A stretch of 46,457 nt of DNA, taken from Bdellovibrio sp. Lineage in GTDB: Bacteria > Bdellovibrionota > Bdellovibrionia > Bdellovibrionales > Bdellovibrionaceae. The stretch covers positions 1-46,457 of the forward strand of contig JBKCUU010000083.1 in NCBI GenBank assembly GCA_046318155.1, read 5' to 3'. The translations under genes and the position numbers were made by a program. Below the pieces are notes generated by a model. The model worked only from the letters and a program-made list of their open reading frames with translations. It had not been told where the DNA came from and did no database searches. This document shows, piece after piece, positions 36,556-45,789 of this stretch; position 1 is the first letter of the stretch, and each line of letters opens with the position of its first letter.

Positions 36556-37059
36556 CTATTTTTCCTTTTCAAAGGCCTTGATCACATCTTCAGTGAGATC
36601 TGCTTCTTTCGAAGCAAACAATACCGACTGACTTTTATTTTCAAGAACGAGTGAGAACCCTTTGTCTTTAGCAACTTTCTCGATCACGCTTTTCATCTTG
36701 TTCAAGATGGGCTTCACGAGCTCTTCTTCCTTTTTTTGAATTTCAAGTTGGTTTTCCCCAACTGTTTTTTGAAAGCGCATCATCTCTTCTTGCAGCTCCA
36801 TCTGTTTTTTGCCCAAAACTTCCTCAGACAAGACAGATTTTTTCTTTTCAAGATCTTGGCCCATCTTTTCTATATCGGCCTTCTTCTTATCGAGCTGACC
36901 TTTACGTTTTTGGTATTCGCCATCCAAGGACTCTTTCGCCTTTTTTCCGGCGGCCGTCGCTTGAATTGCTTTTTGCACATCGACGTAACCCACTTTGCTA
37001 TCAGCATGTGCCATCAAAACTGACATGAGAACCGTTACGAAACTTAAGAAAAACTTCAT
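36556..37059 (-). CDS. skp: Periplasmic chaperone Skp/OmpH
   Basis: Signal peptide, KVGYVDVQK, coiled coil, GFSLVLE..DLTEDVI. SD GGAGG before the ATG at 37059. Confidence 0.92.
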   Translation of the reverse strand: MKFFLSFVTVLMSVLMAHADSKVGYVDVQKAIQATAAGKKAKESLDGEYQKRKGQLDKKKADIEKMGQDLEKKKSVLSEEVLGKKQMELQEEMMRFQKTVGENQLEIQKKEEELVKPILNKMKSVIEKVAKDKGFSLVLENKSQSVLFASKEADLTEDVIKAFEKEK

Positions 37060-37127
37060 AAAACCTCCATCGAGTGGACTCAATGCTTGAGCCCGGACTT
37101 ATTAAAAAAACTTTAAAAGCAAATTCA

Positions 37128-39641
37128 CTAAAATGGCGCACCAATCGAAAACTCAAACACCACGGTGTCAGGTGAAGCGTCCGATGGCCGCAAGGGGAAT
37201 CCCCACTCGAAACGCAACGGTCCAATTGGCGAAAACCATCGAAACCCAAAACCAACGTTGCTATAAAAACTATCCGCCGAAATTTGATCCTCGGCCTGAC
37301 CCACGTCAAAGAACGTGACCCCTTTGATTCCGGCCTCTGCAATGAGCGGAAATTCAAATTCCGTTTGGTATAAGAGCTGCTGCTTGCCACCAAAAGGCTT
37401 ATTAGCCAAACGGCGTGCATCTTCGTCCGTGCGGCTGTAAGGAGGATTCTTCAAACGGTTGAAGGTAAAGTCAGAGAAAACAGATTTACCAATACGGAAA
37501 AAGCGGTATCCACGTAGGCTGTAAGGTCCACCCAAAAGGAACAACTCATTAAAGGGGGGCTCCACTCCGGGCTGATGCGCCGAAATGACCGAGTAAGACA
37601 AATTGTTGCGCCAAACCACTTCCCAGAACAATTTCTTGAAATAACGAAGGGTCGTATTTCCTTTGGAGTATTTTAAATTACCACCAAGACCCGCATACTC
37701 GAGCGAAGCCGACGCAAAAGCGCCTTTGCTGGGAGAGAACCGGTCATTCCGCTTGTCGTACTCAATAATACCGGTGATTGAACTGGTATCACCACTCGCC
37801 GTGTCCAGCGGATACAAAACAGGATCGGTGATCAATGTTCGAACACCATTGGCGTCTTCCTCGTACAAGCGATCAAGCGCCGTCTTCTCGTACTTGTAGC
37901 GAACCGACGCAAAAAGATCCTCATCGATCGGGTGGCCCAAGCGCACCGAGGCACCGCGCTTACTTTCGGTGTAATCGTAACGGTTGGCGTAGCTTTCAAA
38001 CACATCAAAACCAGCCGACCAATCGGTGTCGTTGACATGAGGTTCAGTGAAGTTAAAATTGTAAGTTGAAATATCACGCGAGATATTCAGACCCGCACCC
38101 AGGCGCTGTCCTTTACCTAAAAAGTTGGACTGGTTGACTTGGCCCTGCAACTGAAAACCAGTCGCGCTGCCGTAACCCGCGCCCAACTGAATACTGCCGG
38201 TGTTGCGCTCTTTCACCACGATGTCGATGTTCATCACATCGGGCTGATCCGGTGGCGCCGAGGTTTTAAAGGTCACTTCATCAAAGAAACCCAAGCGCTG
38301 AATATTTTCAACGGACTTGCGGCGACTCGTTTCATGATACAGCTCGCCCTCTTTGATTTTGAGTTCGCGCCGTACGACTTTATCGCGCGTCTTACTATTG
38401 CCCACGATGTTGAACTGGCCGTAATAGACTTTATTGCCCTTGTCGAATTCAAAGGTGATATCGACTTTACGTTCTTTTTCGTTGATCCGTGTGCGGGGGA
38501 TGACGTTGGCGTAAGCATAACCCAAATCCCCGTACTTGGCCTGGAGCTCGCTCAAATCTTTTTGCAGCACTTCGTAAGAAAAAACTTGTCGCTTGTTGAT
38601 CTCAATCGCCGAGGCGAGCTCATCACGGCCAAACAACAGATCGCCCGCAAAATCGATATCGCCGACATCAAACTGTTCGCCCTCTTCAACACGGATCGTG
38701 ATGTAGATGTTTTTGCGATCAGGCGTGACGTAAACTTGGGGGCGGTCAATTTTGACCTGGACATAACCTTCGTTAAAATACAAGAAGCGCAAGATTTGCA
38801 TGTCACGGTCAAAGGCATCCTGCTTATATGCACCCGAGCCGCTCAAAAAACTAAAGTATCCGCCCTCGCCGGTGAGCATGCGGCCCTTGAGCTGTCCGTC
38901 TTTCATTCGGCGGTTTCCAAGAAACGTGATTTTTTTGACTTTAACTTTGTCGTTCTCTTGGACGTTCATCATCAACTTGACAGTCTCGCCCTTGATCACG
39001 TCTTCAACTTTGGGCTCAATCTTGGCCAAGAAAAAGCCTTTGTCCTCGTACAGCTTTTGCAACTTTTCAATGGCATCGCGGATTTTGCCCATGTCCAAGA
39101 TTTCGTAGGCCTTAAGTCCCGAAGCTTCTTGAAGCTCCTCGGTTTTAATTTCAGAGTTTCCTTCAAAAACAATTTCAGCCACCGACGGCTTCTCGAGCAC
39201 TTTGTAGGTGACGCCCACCTGAGCACCGACGACATCGCGGTAGACTTGAACGTCATAAAAGAAACCAGATTTAAAAAGCGACAGAATATCTTCTTTGACT
39301 TGAGCGTCCGTGTACGGACCGTTCACTTGCGTCTTCAGGCGCGCCAGCACCGCGTCTTTTTCGATTTTGCGATTTCCTTCAACCGTGATTTGCGAAACGG
39401 TCAAGCTCGGCGACGCTTTCACTTCAGCAGGGACCACTGGCGCAGGAACAGCTGCTTTTTTTTGAGCATTCTGTGCGCGCACATTTTTCTTAGGAGTTTT
39501 TGCAGCCGTTGCTCGAGGGTCTGGTTTGACTTGAATGGTCTGCGCATCTGCTGGCACCGTGCTCAGGACCAAAACCACAGCCATGGCCAAAGAAAGGGGT
39601 GTCAAAGGCCTCGATATAAAAATATTTTGGTGCGTCTTCAA
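37128..39641 (-). CDS. bamA: Outer membrane protein assembly factor BamA
   Basis: POTRA repeats (GNRKIE, GNSKTRDKVVRRE), ERNTGS, NFLGKGQ, LRGY, RWFSPIGPLRFEW, terminal F. TTG start, not certain. Confidence 0.96.
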   Translation of the reverse strand: MKTHQNIFISRPLTPLSLAMAVVLVLSTVPADAQTIQVKPDPRATAAKTPKKNVRAQNAQKKAAVPAPVVPAEVKASPSLTVSQITVEGNRKIEKDAVLARLKTQVNGPYTDAQVKEDILSLFKSGFFYDVQVYRDVVGAQVGVTYKVLEKPSVAEIVFEGNSEIKTEELQEASGLKAYEILDMGKIRDAIEKLQKLYEDKGFFLAKIEPKVEDVIKGETVKLMMNVQENDKVKVKKITFLGNRRMKDGQLKGRMLTGEGGYFSFLSGSGAYKQDAFDRDMQILRFLYFNEGYVQVKIDRPQVYVTPDRKNIYITIRVEEGEQFDVGDIDFAGDLLFGRDELASAIEINKRQVFSYEVLQKDLSELQAKYGDLGYAYANVIPRTRINEKERKVDITFEFDKGNKVYYGQFNIVGNSKTRDKVVRRELKIKEGELYHETSRRKSVENIQRLGFFDEVTFKTSAPPDQPDVMNIDIVVKERNTGSIQLGAGYGSATGFQLQGQVNQSNFLGKGQRLGAGLNISRDISTYNFNFTEPHVNDTDWSAGFDVFESYANRYDYTESKRGASVRLGHPIDEDLFASVRYKYEKTALDRLYEEDANGVRTLITDPVLYPLDTASGDTSSITGIIEYDKRNDRFSPSKGAFASASLEYAGLGGNLKYSKGNTTLRYFKKLFWEVVWRNNLSYSVISAHQPGVEPPFNELFLLGGPYSLRGYRFFRIGKSVFSDFTFNRLKNPPYSRTDEDARRLANKPFGGKQQLLYQTEFEFPLIAEAGIKGVTFFDVGQAEDQISADSFYSNVGFGFRWFSPIGPLRFEWGFPLRPSDASPDTVVFEFSIGAPF

Positions 39642-39689
39642 TTTTGAAATCCTAAGAAGTCTTAAGTACTTACGTGATCTATTGGAGCG

Positions 39690-39718
39690 AGACTAACAAG
39701 GCACCTTAGTGAAGTCAA
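39690..39718 (-). promoter_or_regulatory. Candidate sigma70 promoter of bamA
   Basis: TTGACT-N17-TAGTCT with an extended -10 TG. Confidence 0.55.
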
Positions 39719-39730
39719 AATTAAATCCGG

Positions 39731-40417
39731 TCAAAATGAATTCTGCGCCCAACCGCCGTCTGATATTCGCAGCACTCGAGAAAACTTTTGTGCGAATCCG
39801 GAATCATGTGTGACGACAACAAGAGTCAGTCCGTACTGCTCTTTGAGTTGGAAGAAGAGCTTCTGAATCAACTGAGAGTTTTTTGAGTCTAAATTGCCTG
39901 TTGGTTCATCAGCAAAAAGAACTTGCGGGCGACGAACAAGCGCCCGCGCAATGGCGCCGCGCTGCAACTCCCCGCCCGACAGCTGTGACGGAAAGTGATC
40001 TGCACGGCTGCGAAGACCCAAGGCCTCAAGAAGGTGCAGAGCCTTGGCTTTGGCGGTGGGCTTGCTTTCACCGGCAATCCGGCAGGGCATCATGACATTT
40101 TCGACGGCCGTAAACTCGGCCAGCAGGTGGTGAAACTGAAAAACAAAACCCATTTTTGCACTTCGAAAAGACGCGAGCTCCTCTTCGTTCTTGGCAAACA
40201 GACTCTGATTTTCAAAAAAAACTTCGCCCTCGGTCGGATGATCAAGCGTTCCCAAGATATGCAGTAGCGTACTTTTGCCGGCACCCGATGCCCCCACGAT
40301 ACAAACAGCTTCGCCGCGCTTGATTTCAACATCAACGCCCTTCAAAATTCCAAGCTCGGAGGTTCCTTGCGCGTAAGACTTGCGAATCCCCGTGCCTCTT
40401 AAAATGACATCATTCAT
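39731..40417 (-). CDS. lolD: Lipoprotein-releasing ABC transporter ATPase
   Basis: GASGAGKSTLLH, GFVFQFHHLL, LSGGE, ADEPTGNLD, VTHD. Confidence 0.9.
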   Translation of the reverse strand: MNDVILRGTGIRKSYAQGTSELGILKGVDVEIKRGEAVCIVGASGAGKSTLLHILGTLDHPTEGEVFFENQSLFAKNEEELASFRSAKMGFVFQFHHLLAEFTAVENVMMPCRIAGESKPTAKAKALHLLEALGLRSRADHFPSQLSGGELQRGAIARALVRRPQVLFADEPTGNLDSKNSQLIQKLFFQLKEQYGLTLVVVTHDSGFAQKFSRVLRISDGGWAQNSF

Positions 40418-41639
40418 ATCGAAGTCCCTCAACGGCGGTCAAACGGGCGCCCTGACGAGCGGGCGCTAAAGTGGCCAGCCCACAAATCACCAACGTCACC
40501 GAGAATATAGCGAACAAATCCCAGAAACGTAAAACCACATCAATGTGGTCAAGCTTGTACACGCTGCCGGGCAAAAGTGTAAAAGCCGTCTGCCCGTAAC
40601 TAAAGGCCAGACACAAAAGACCTCCCACTAAAAACCCGCCCACGCAGCCGGCAAGTCCCAAAATCAAACCCTGAAGCGAAAAGACTTTGATCAAATCCCG
40701 AGGCCTCATGCCGATTGCCTTGAAGATTCCAATGTCGGGATATCTCTGAATCACCGAAATAAAGAGCGAGCTCGACACATTGAAAGCCGCGGCCAAAACA
40801 ATAATCAAGATCACAAAAAACAAAACCACTCGTTCAATTTTAATGGCTTCAAAAACATTTTCATTCAATTCATGCCAATCACGAACACGAAATCCAGGGC
40901 CCAAGCTGACCGACAAGTGCCCCGCACTCTCACGTGCTTTCGTAAAATCTTGTAAGCGAACTAAAAGTCCCGAGTAGCGATTGCCGACATCGGCAACCTC
41001 TTGCACCGCCGCCATGGAAGCAATGACCATGCGCTCATCAAACTCGTACTTGCCAAGATCTAAGATCCCCGCCACCCGAAAGGTCGCGACTTTGCGTTTG
41101 AAACTATTGGGATCAAAATCATTGGCCAGCGGAACCACGATACGAAAGGTATCGCCAGGTTGAAGTTCAAATCTTTTCGCCAGGCCTTTTCCTATCATGG
41201 CGTTGGGCACGCCGCCCTCGGGAGACAAATCAAAGCTTCCGGCAAGAACCCGCTTATCGAGCGAAAGAACATCTCGCAGTTTTTCGGGGTCCAGACCTTG
41301 AAGCAAAGCACCTGTGATTTTACCTTTAGCCGCCGCTACCGACTCGACCCAAAGCACCCGCGTGCTGGCAACCATGCCGGGCTCGAGCGCTGCCACTTTG
41401 TGACGCAAATCTTGTTCGTCGTCGTTCAAGCCTTGAGTCTTTAAAATCTGAAGATGTCCCGTTAAATCCGAAACCGATCTTTGCAGCGTCGACTCAAACC
41501 CGCTCACGACCGCCATTGACACCACTAAGCTCGCCACTCCCAAGACCAATCCGGCAAAAGAAATCCAGCCCGTCAGCCCCAAACTTTTTAGTCCATCCCG
41601 AAACAAAAGTCTGAACGAAAGTTCGGCCCAAAACTTCAC
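40410..41639 (-). CDS. lolC: Lipoprotein-releasing ABC transporter permease LolC/E
   Basis: LGVASLVVSMAVVSGF, DWHELN, AAFNV, IGIFKAIG, LAPARQGA..VEGLRYE. Adjacent to lolD. Confidence 0.85.
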   Translation of the reverse strand: MKFWAELSFRLLFRDGLKSLGLTGWISFAGLVLGVASLVVSMAVVSGFESTLQRSVSDLTGHLQILKTQGLNDDEQDLRHKVAALEPGMVASTRVLWVESVAAAKGKITGALLQGLDPEKLRDVLSLDKRVLAGSFDLSPEGGVPNAMIGKGLAKRFELQPGDTFRIVVPLANDFDPNSFKRKVATFRVAGILDLGKYEFDERMVIASMAAVQEVADVGNRYSGLLVRLQDFTKARESAGHLSVSLGPGFRVRDWHELNENVFEAIKIERVVLFFVILIIVLAAAFNVSSSLFISVIQRYPDIGIFKAIGMRPRDLIKVFSLQGLILGLAGCVGGFLVGGLLCLAFSYGQTAFTLLPGSVYKLDHIDVVLRFWDLFAIFSVTLVICGLATLAPARQGARLTAVEGLRYE

Positions 41640-42779
41640 GTCGCCACCGGCGCCTGTTGTGCGTTGCTCGGCATGCTTTGGCGCAAAAAGGCCATGATAA
41701 AGTCTTCGAGATTGCCGCCCAAGACATCAGACGCTTGGTTGCTCTCAAAATCGGTGCGGTGATCCTTCACCATTTGGTAAGGATGCAAAACGTAAGAGCG
41801 GATTTGCGAGCCCCATTCATTGGCTTTTTTACCCGATTCCATCTCTTCTTTTTTGCGCTTTCGCTCTTCGATTTCACGCTGATAAAGAGCGGCTTTCAAC
41901 ATTTTGAGGGCCTTCTCTCGATTCTGAATTTGCGAACGCTGATTTTGGCACTGAACGATGATCCCGGTTGGTAAGTGGTACATCCGAACAGCTGAATCCG
42001 TCTTGTTGACGTGCTGACCGCCTGCGCCGGACGAGCGAAAGGTTTCAACTTTGAGATCATCGGGACGAATATCAATTTTAATTTCGTCATCGATTTCGGG
42101 CCACACAAACACCGAGGAGAACGACGTGTGCCGACGAGCATTGGAATCAAAAGGCGAAATGCGCACCAAACGGTGAACGCCACTCTCGGCTTTTAAGTAC
42201 CCATAAGCGTAAGGGCCCGAAATCAAAAGTGTGCACGACTTAATCCCGGCACCGTCGCCATCACTTTGATCCACGATCTCACAGCCAAATCCTTGCTGGT
42301 CAGCATAGCGCATATACATTCGCATTAAGATTTCGGCCCAATCGCAGGCTTCGGTGCCTCCCGCACCCGCATTGATCGAAAGGTAGGCCGAGTTGACATC
42401 CAATTCTCCATTTAAGACGCGCTTGAGCTCAAGATTGCGGCCCACAACGATCAACGCGTCGATTTCGGCACGGCCCTCGGCAAAGGTTTCTTCATCGTGA
42501 GCCTCGGTGCCCATTTCAATCAAGACGCCGGCATCTTCGACACGTTGCTCAAATCTCTCGTACTCCCCGATAGCTTTTTCGAGAAAGGCCTTCTCTTTGT
42601 TCATTTTTTGCATTTTATCGGGATCGCCCCACAGGGCCGGATTCTCAGCAGACATCGCCAACTCTTCGAGCCGGCGCTTTTTATGATCTAAGTCAAAGAT
42701 ACCCCCGAAGCTCAGACGATAGCTTCTTTAAGCCATCCAAACTCTTCTTCACTTCGTAGGATTGTGCAGCGATTGACAT
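41636..42779 (-). CDS. prfB: Peptide chain release factor 2, with programmed +1 frameshift
   Basis: SD GGAGG then ATG 42779: MSIAAQ...ELRGYL, then CTT TGA C (42698-42692). The +1 frame continues DLDHKKRR into GAGGTEA, SPF and GGQ motifs. Confidence 0.96.
42692..42706 (-). other. prfB programmed +1 ribosomal frameshift site
   Basis: GGGGG-TAT-CTT-TGA-C: internal SD-like run 3 nt before the CTT TGA shift site. Confidence 0.95.
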
Positions 42780-42826
42780 GCGGCCTCCGTCACGAAATTA
42801 AAGAGACCATGGGAATCAGGGGCAAA

Positions 42827-43309
42827 TCAAGTGACTTTGCGTTTAGAACCCGGCCTGCTTAAAAAAATCTGATCCTGAATTCGAAACATCCGCCTGGCCT
42901 CGAGCGTACCTGTTTCGTGATCATAACCCAGCAGATGCAAAATCCCGTGAAGCACCATGTAGCCGAGCTCTTCTTGATAGGTCAGGCCATGCTCTTTTGC
43001 TTGCTTCTTGAGCACCTCAGGACAGAGCACCAAGTCACCAAACGCGCCCTCCGACTCAAAACTAAGAACATCGGTGGCATAGTTGCGGCCTCGAAACTGC
43101 TGATTCATTTTTTTTGCTTCGCGTGGACTTAAGAAAACCAGTGTGAGCTCGCCCTTCAGCCGGCGGTGAACTTTGAGCGGCGCTTTTTTTTTAAGCTCGC
43201 GCACGCAAAGCTCGATCCAACTTGTCAAAAACGCACGCGGGACCCGCTCGCCTGACGAGTTCACGATCTGGACTTCAAGACTTTGGGAGGCTCGGGGACC
43301 AGGGATCAT
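42827..43309 (-). CDS. ybeY: rRNA maturation endoribonuclease YbeY
   Basis: NQQFRG..ATDVLSF, GDLVLC, HGILHLLGYDH. Confidence 0.95.
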   Translation of the reverse strand: MIPGPRASQSLEVQIVNSSGERVPRAFLTSWIELCVRELKKKAPLKVHRRLKGELTLVFLSPREAKKMNQQFRGRNYATDVLSFESEGAFGDLVLCPEVLKKQAKEHGLTYQEELGYMVLHGILHLLGYDHETGTLEARRMFRIQDQIFLSRPGSKRKVT

Positions 43310-45723
43310 GGGCGGCGCGTGCCAGTTGAAAACAGCGGCGTGGCGGCCGCCTCTGAAGCTCCACCACCGGCGGCCTTCGGGTAGTCGATGCGTTGGTGGT
43401 AGATGCCAAGCAAGATGCGCGTAAAAGCCGCTTCAACTTTCGAGAGATCTTTGAGTGTCAGTGAACACTCGTCCAACTGACCTTCCATGAATTTACGTTG
43501 AACGATATTGCGCACGATGTTTTGCAAACGGACCGGAGTCGGCTCATCCAACGACCGAGAAGCCGCTTCGATCGAGTCGGCCAACATACAAAGGGCGGCC
43601 TCACGAAATTGGGGTTTGGGACCTGGATAGCGAAACTCATCTTCGACCACTTCGGGCTCACTGTCGGCACGAAGATCCTGGGCTTTGTTGTAGAAAAAGG
43701 AAATCAACGTCGTGCCATGGTGCTGCAAAACGCCGTCGATAATCGGTTTGCCGAGTTTGTGATTCATGCCCATCTCAACCCCGTCTTTGACGTGCGCAAC
43801 AAGCAAAGTCTTACTCATGTAGGGCGAGATGTAATCATGTGGATTCTGTCCAGGCTTTTGATTCTCGATAAAATAATTGGCATGTTCCATCTTACCGATG
43901 TCGTGGTAATAGCACATCACCTTGCCGAGCAAAGGATTGGCGCCAATCTCTTCGGCCGCCGCCTCGACCATCGAGCCGACGAGCATCGAATGATGGTAGG
44001 TTCCAGGTGCTTTGACGATCATCGTTTTGAGCAAAGGGTGATTCAGATTACTGAGCTCGAGCAGTTTCACATCGGTCGTGTAGTTGAAAATCGACTCAAG
44101 CAGCGGGATCAGCATCATCGCGACCATCGCCGAAAGCAGGCCGCCCACAAAGGCCGCCGGAATCGAACCCAAAAGCTCCTGCGTAAAGCCTTCTTGCTCC
44201 AATTTTGAAATCGTCACGGTCAACGCCACGACCATCGCACCAACGGCGCCCACGCGAACTCCGGCCCAGTACAAATCACTGCGCTTTTTTGTCGAGTAAA
44301 CGCCTCGAGCGCCTGCGATACCGCTGGCGAGCGTAAAGATCATATAACCCAAATTCAAATCGGTCATGATTCCCATCACGATCGCCATAAACGCCGAAAA
44401 GAGCCACACGACTTCACCTGATGCGATCAACAATCCCACCAACATGGGACCCGCAGCCACAGGAGCCGCATACAAAAAGATCTCAGGAGGAATTGCACCG
44501 CCAAATTTGGTGACGAATGCGGTTTCGGTCAAAAAGACAAACACTTTGGTAAACAGAACGATCACGATGGTGATCACACCCATGACGAGAATGTCTTTAT
44601 TCTCGACTTTGACCCGGCCTTGCGTAAATCGACGCAGGTACTGAAAGAACACGACGACCATTGCTAAAAACAGCAAGGCAATGGCAAAAGTCATCAATTC
44701 GCGGCGAGATTCAGAACGGAGCGTTTCGATCTCTTTGATCAAAGCCATATGAAAAGGTTGGATCAAAGTTCCTTCGGCCACCAAGACCTGGTTTTTCTTC
44801 ACCGAAATTGTGGTTGGCAAAACCGCCGCACGGGCCTGCTCACGGCGCGAGGAGATCTCTTGCTTGTTGAGTGTCAAATTCGGGTGAATCACCAACCGCG
44901 CAAGCGCTTGAACGTTGGCGATATCGCGGCCCGACGATTTCTCGAGGCCTTTAAAATCTTTCAGAACAAAATTCTCATTCGCACTGGCGTCGACGATCTC
45001 CTGCTTGCGCAAGTTAAACTCACGCCCACGGTTGTTTTTTTGCAGCGTGCGCGCGAGCACCATATTAGTTCTCGCCGGAATCATCTTGTCGGGATTTTCA
45101 GCGAGCTTGGCTTGGTACCAGATTTCAAGATTGCGGATCAGAACGTTTTCGATCCGAGCGCTAAAACGGTTTTGCACAAGCCATTCAAAGAGGTAATCCG
45201 AAACACCAGCACCAAACTCTTTTTCAAACTCACCTTTGTAAATGAAAAATTCTTTGACGACCTCTTCCCGCTCACTCATGCTTTTAGGCCACTTGACATT
45301 TTTGAGCTGATTGCGCGAAAGCCGAAACGAGCGGTAGACCGCACCTGACACCCGTTCAAAAACGGCAGGGTCAAAATCAAAAATAACCGGTACGGTCATC
45401 TCAGAACGAACGCGCTTTTCTTCGGTCGTCACTTCATCCACCATTTCAAAAGAAACCGGCGAATAGAGGTCGGTTTTGGCAACGTCACCGACGTCGTAGT
45501 TCATGGGAGTTCGGACTTCAAAGGTCAGGGCCGACGCCAAAATCAGGCAAAACAAAAAGACAAAAGCAAAACGGCGCAACTGAAACTTTTCTTCGACGTG
45601 AAAAAGAAATCGCCCCAAAAATGTGCGCTCGATCCCAAATCGGTGCGTCCAATCCAGAAACCGAAGACTGTGGTCTTCGTAATTCTCGCGCAGATGTTTA
45701 TCGCTGGAACCCTTGCGCTGCAT
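43306..45723 (-). CDS. 7TM-HD (HDIG) phosphohydrolase, PgpH-like
   Basis: N-terminal TM, large extracytoplasmic domain, about 7 TMs, APGTYHHS, YHDIGK, QHHGT, FRYPGPKP, LADSIEAA. Upstream of ybeY. Confidence 0.9.
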   Translation of the reverse strand: MQRKGSSDKHLRENYEDHSLRFLDWTHRFGIERTFLGRFLFHVEEKFQLRRFAFVFLFCLILASALTFEVRTPMNYDVGDVAKTDLYSPVSFEMVDEVTTEEKRVRSEMTVPVIFDFDPAVFERVSGAVYRSFRLSRNQLKNVKWPKSMSEREEVVKEFFIYKGEFEKEFGAGVSDYLFEWLVQNRFSARIENVLIRNLEIWYQAKLAENPDKMIPARTNMVLARTLQKNNRGREFNLRKQEIVDASANENFVLKDFKGLEKSSGRDIANVQALARLVIHPNLTLNKQEISSRREQARAAVLPTTISVKKNQVLVAEGTLIQPFHMALIKEIETLRSESRRELMTFAIALLFLAMVVVFFQYLRRFTQGRVKVENKDILVMGVITIVIVLFTKVFVFLTETAFVTKFGGAIPPEIFLYAAPVAAGPMLVGLLIASGEVVWLFSAFMAIVMGIMTDLNLGYMIFTLASGIAGARGVYSTKKRSDLYWAGVRVGAVGAMVVALTVTISKLEQEGFTQELLGSIPAAFVGGLLSAMVAMMLIPLLESIFNYTTDVKLLELSNLNHPLLKTMIVKAPGTYHHSMLVGSMVEAAAEEIGANPLLGKVMCYYHDIGKMEHANYFIENQKPGQNPHDYISPYMSKTLLVAHVKDGVEMGMNHKLGKPIIDGVLQHHGTTLISFFYNKAQDLRADSEPEVVEDEFRYPGPKPQFREAALCMLADSIEAASRSLDEPTPVRLQNIVRNIVQRKFMEGQLDECSLTLKDLSKVEAAFTRILLGIYHQRIDYPKAAGGGASEAAATPLFSTGTRRP

Positions 45724-45789
45724 GATGCATCACCCTCAAAGTTGCAATCCTCTTGATCTCATCGGATTTTCGGCACAATTTCGTAAGTC

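Noticed and set aside
38139..39647. 502-aa plus-strand ORF
   Set aside because: Lies entirely antisense to bamA, with no recognisable motifs or SD. Best explained as a codon-bias shadow ORF.
41636..42779. prfB as a frameshifted pseudogene
   Set aside because: The break is the canonical programmed CTT-TGA-C site.
43498..45348. 236-aa and 199-aa plus-strand ORFs
   Set aside because: Antisense shadows of the 7TM-HD gene with no protein-like motifs.
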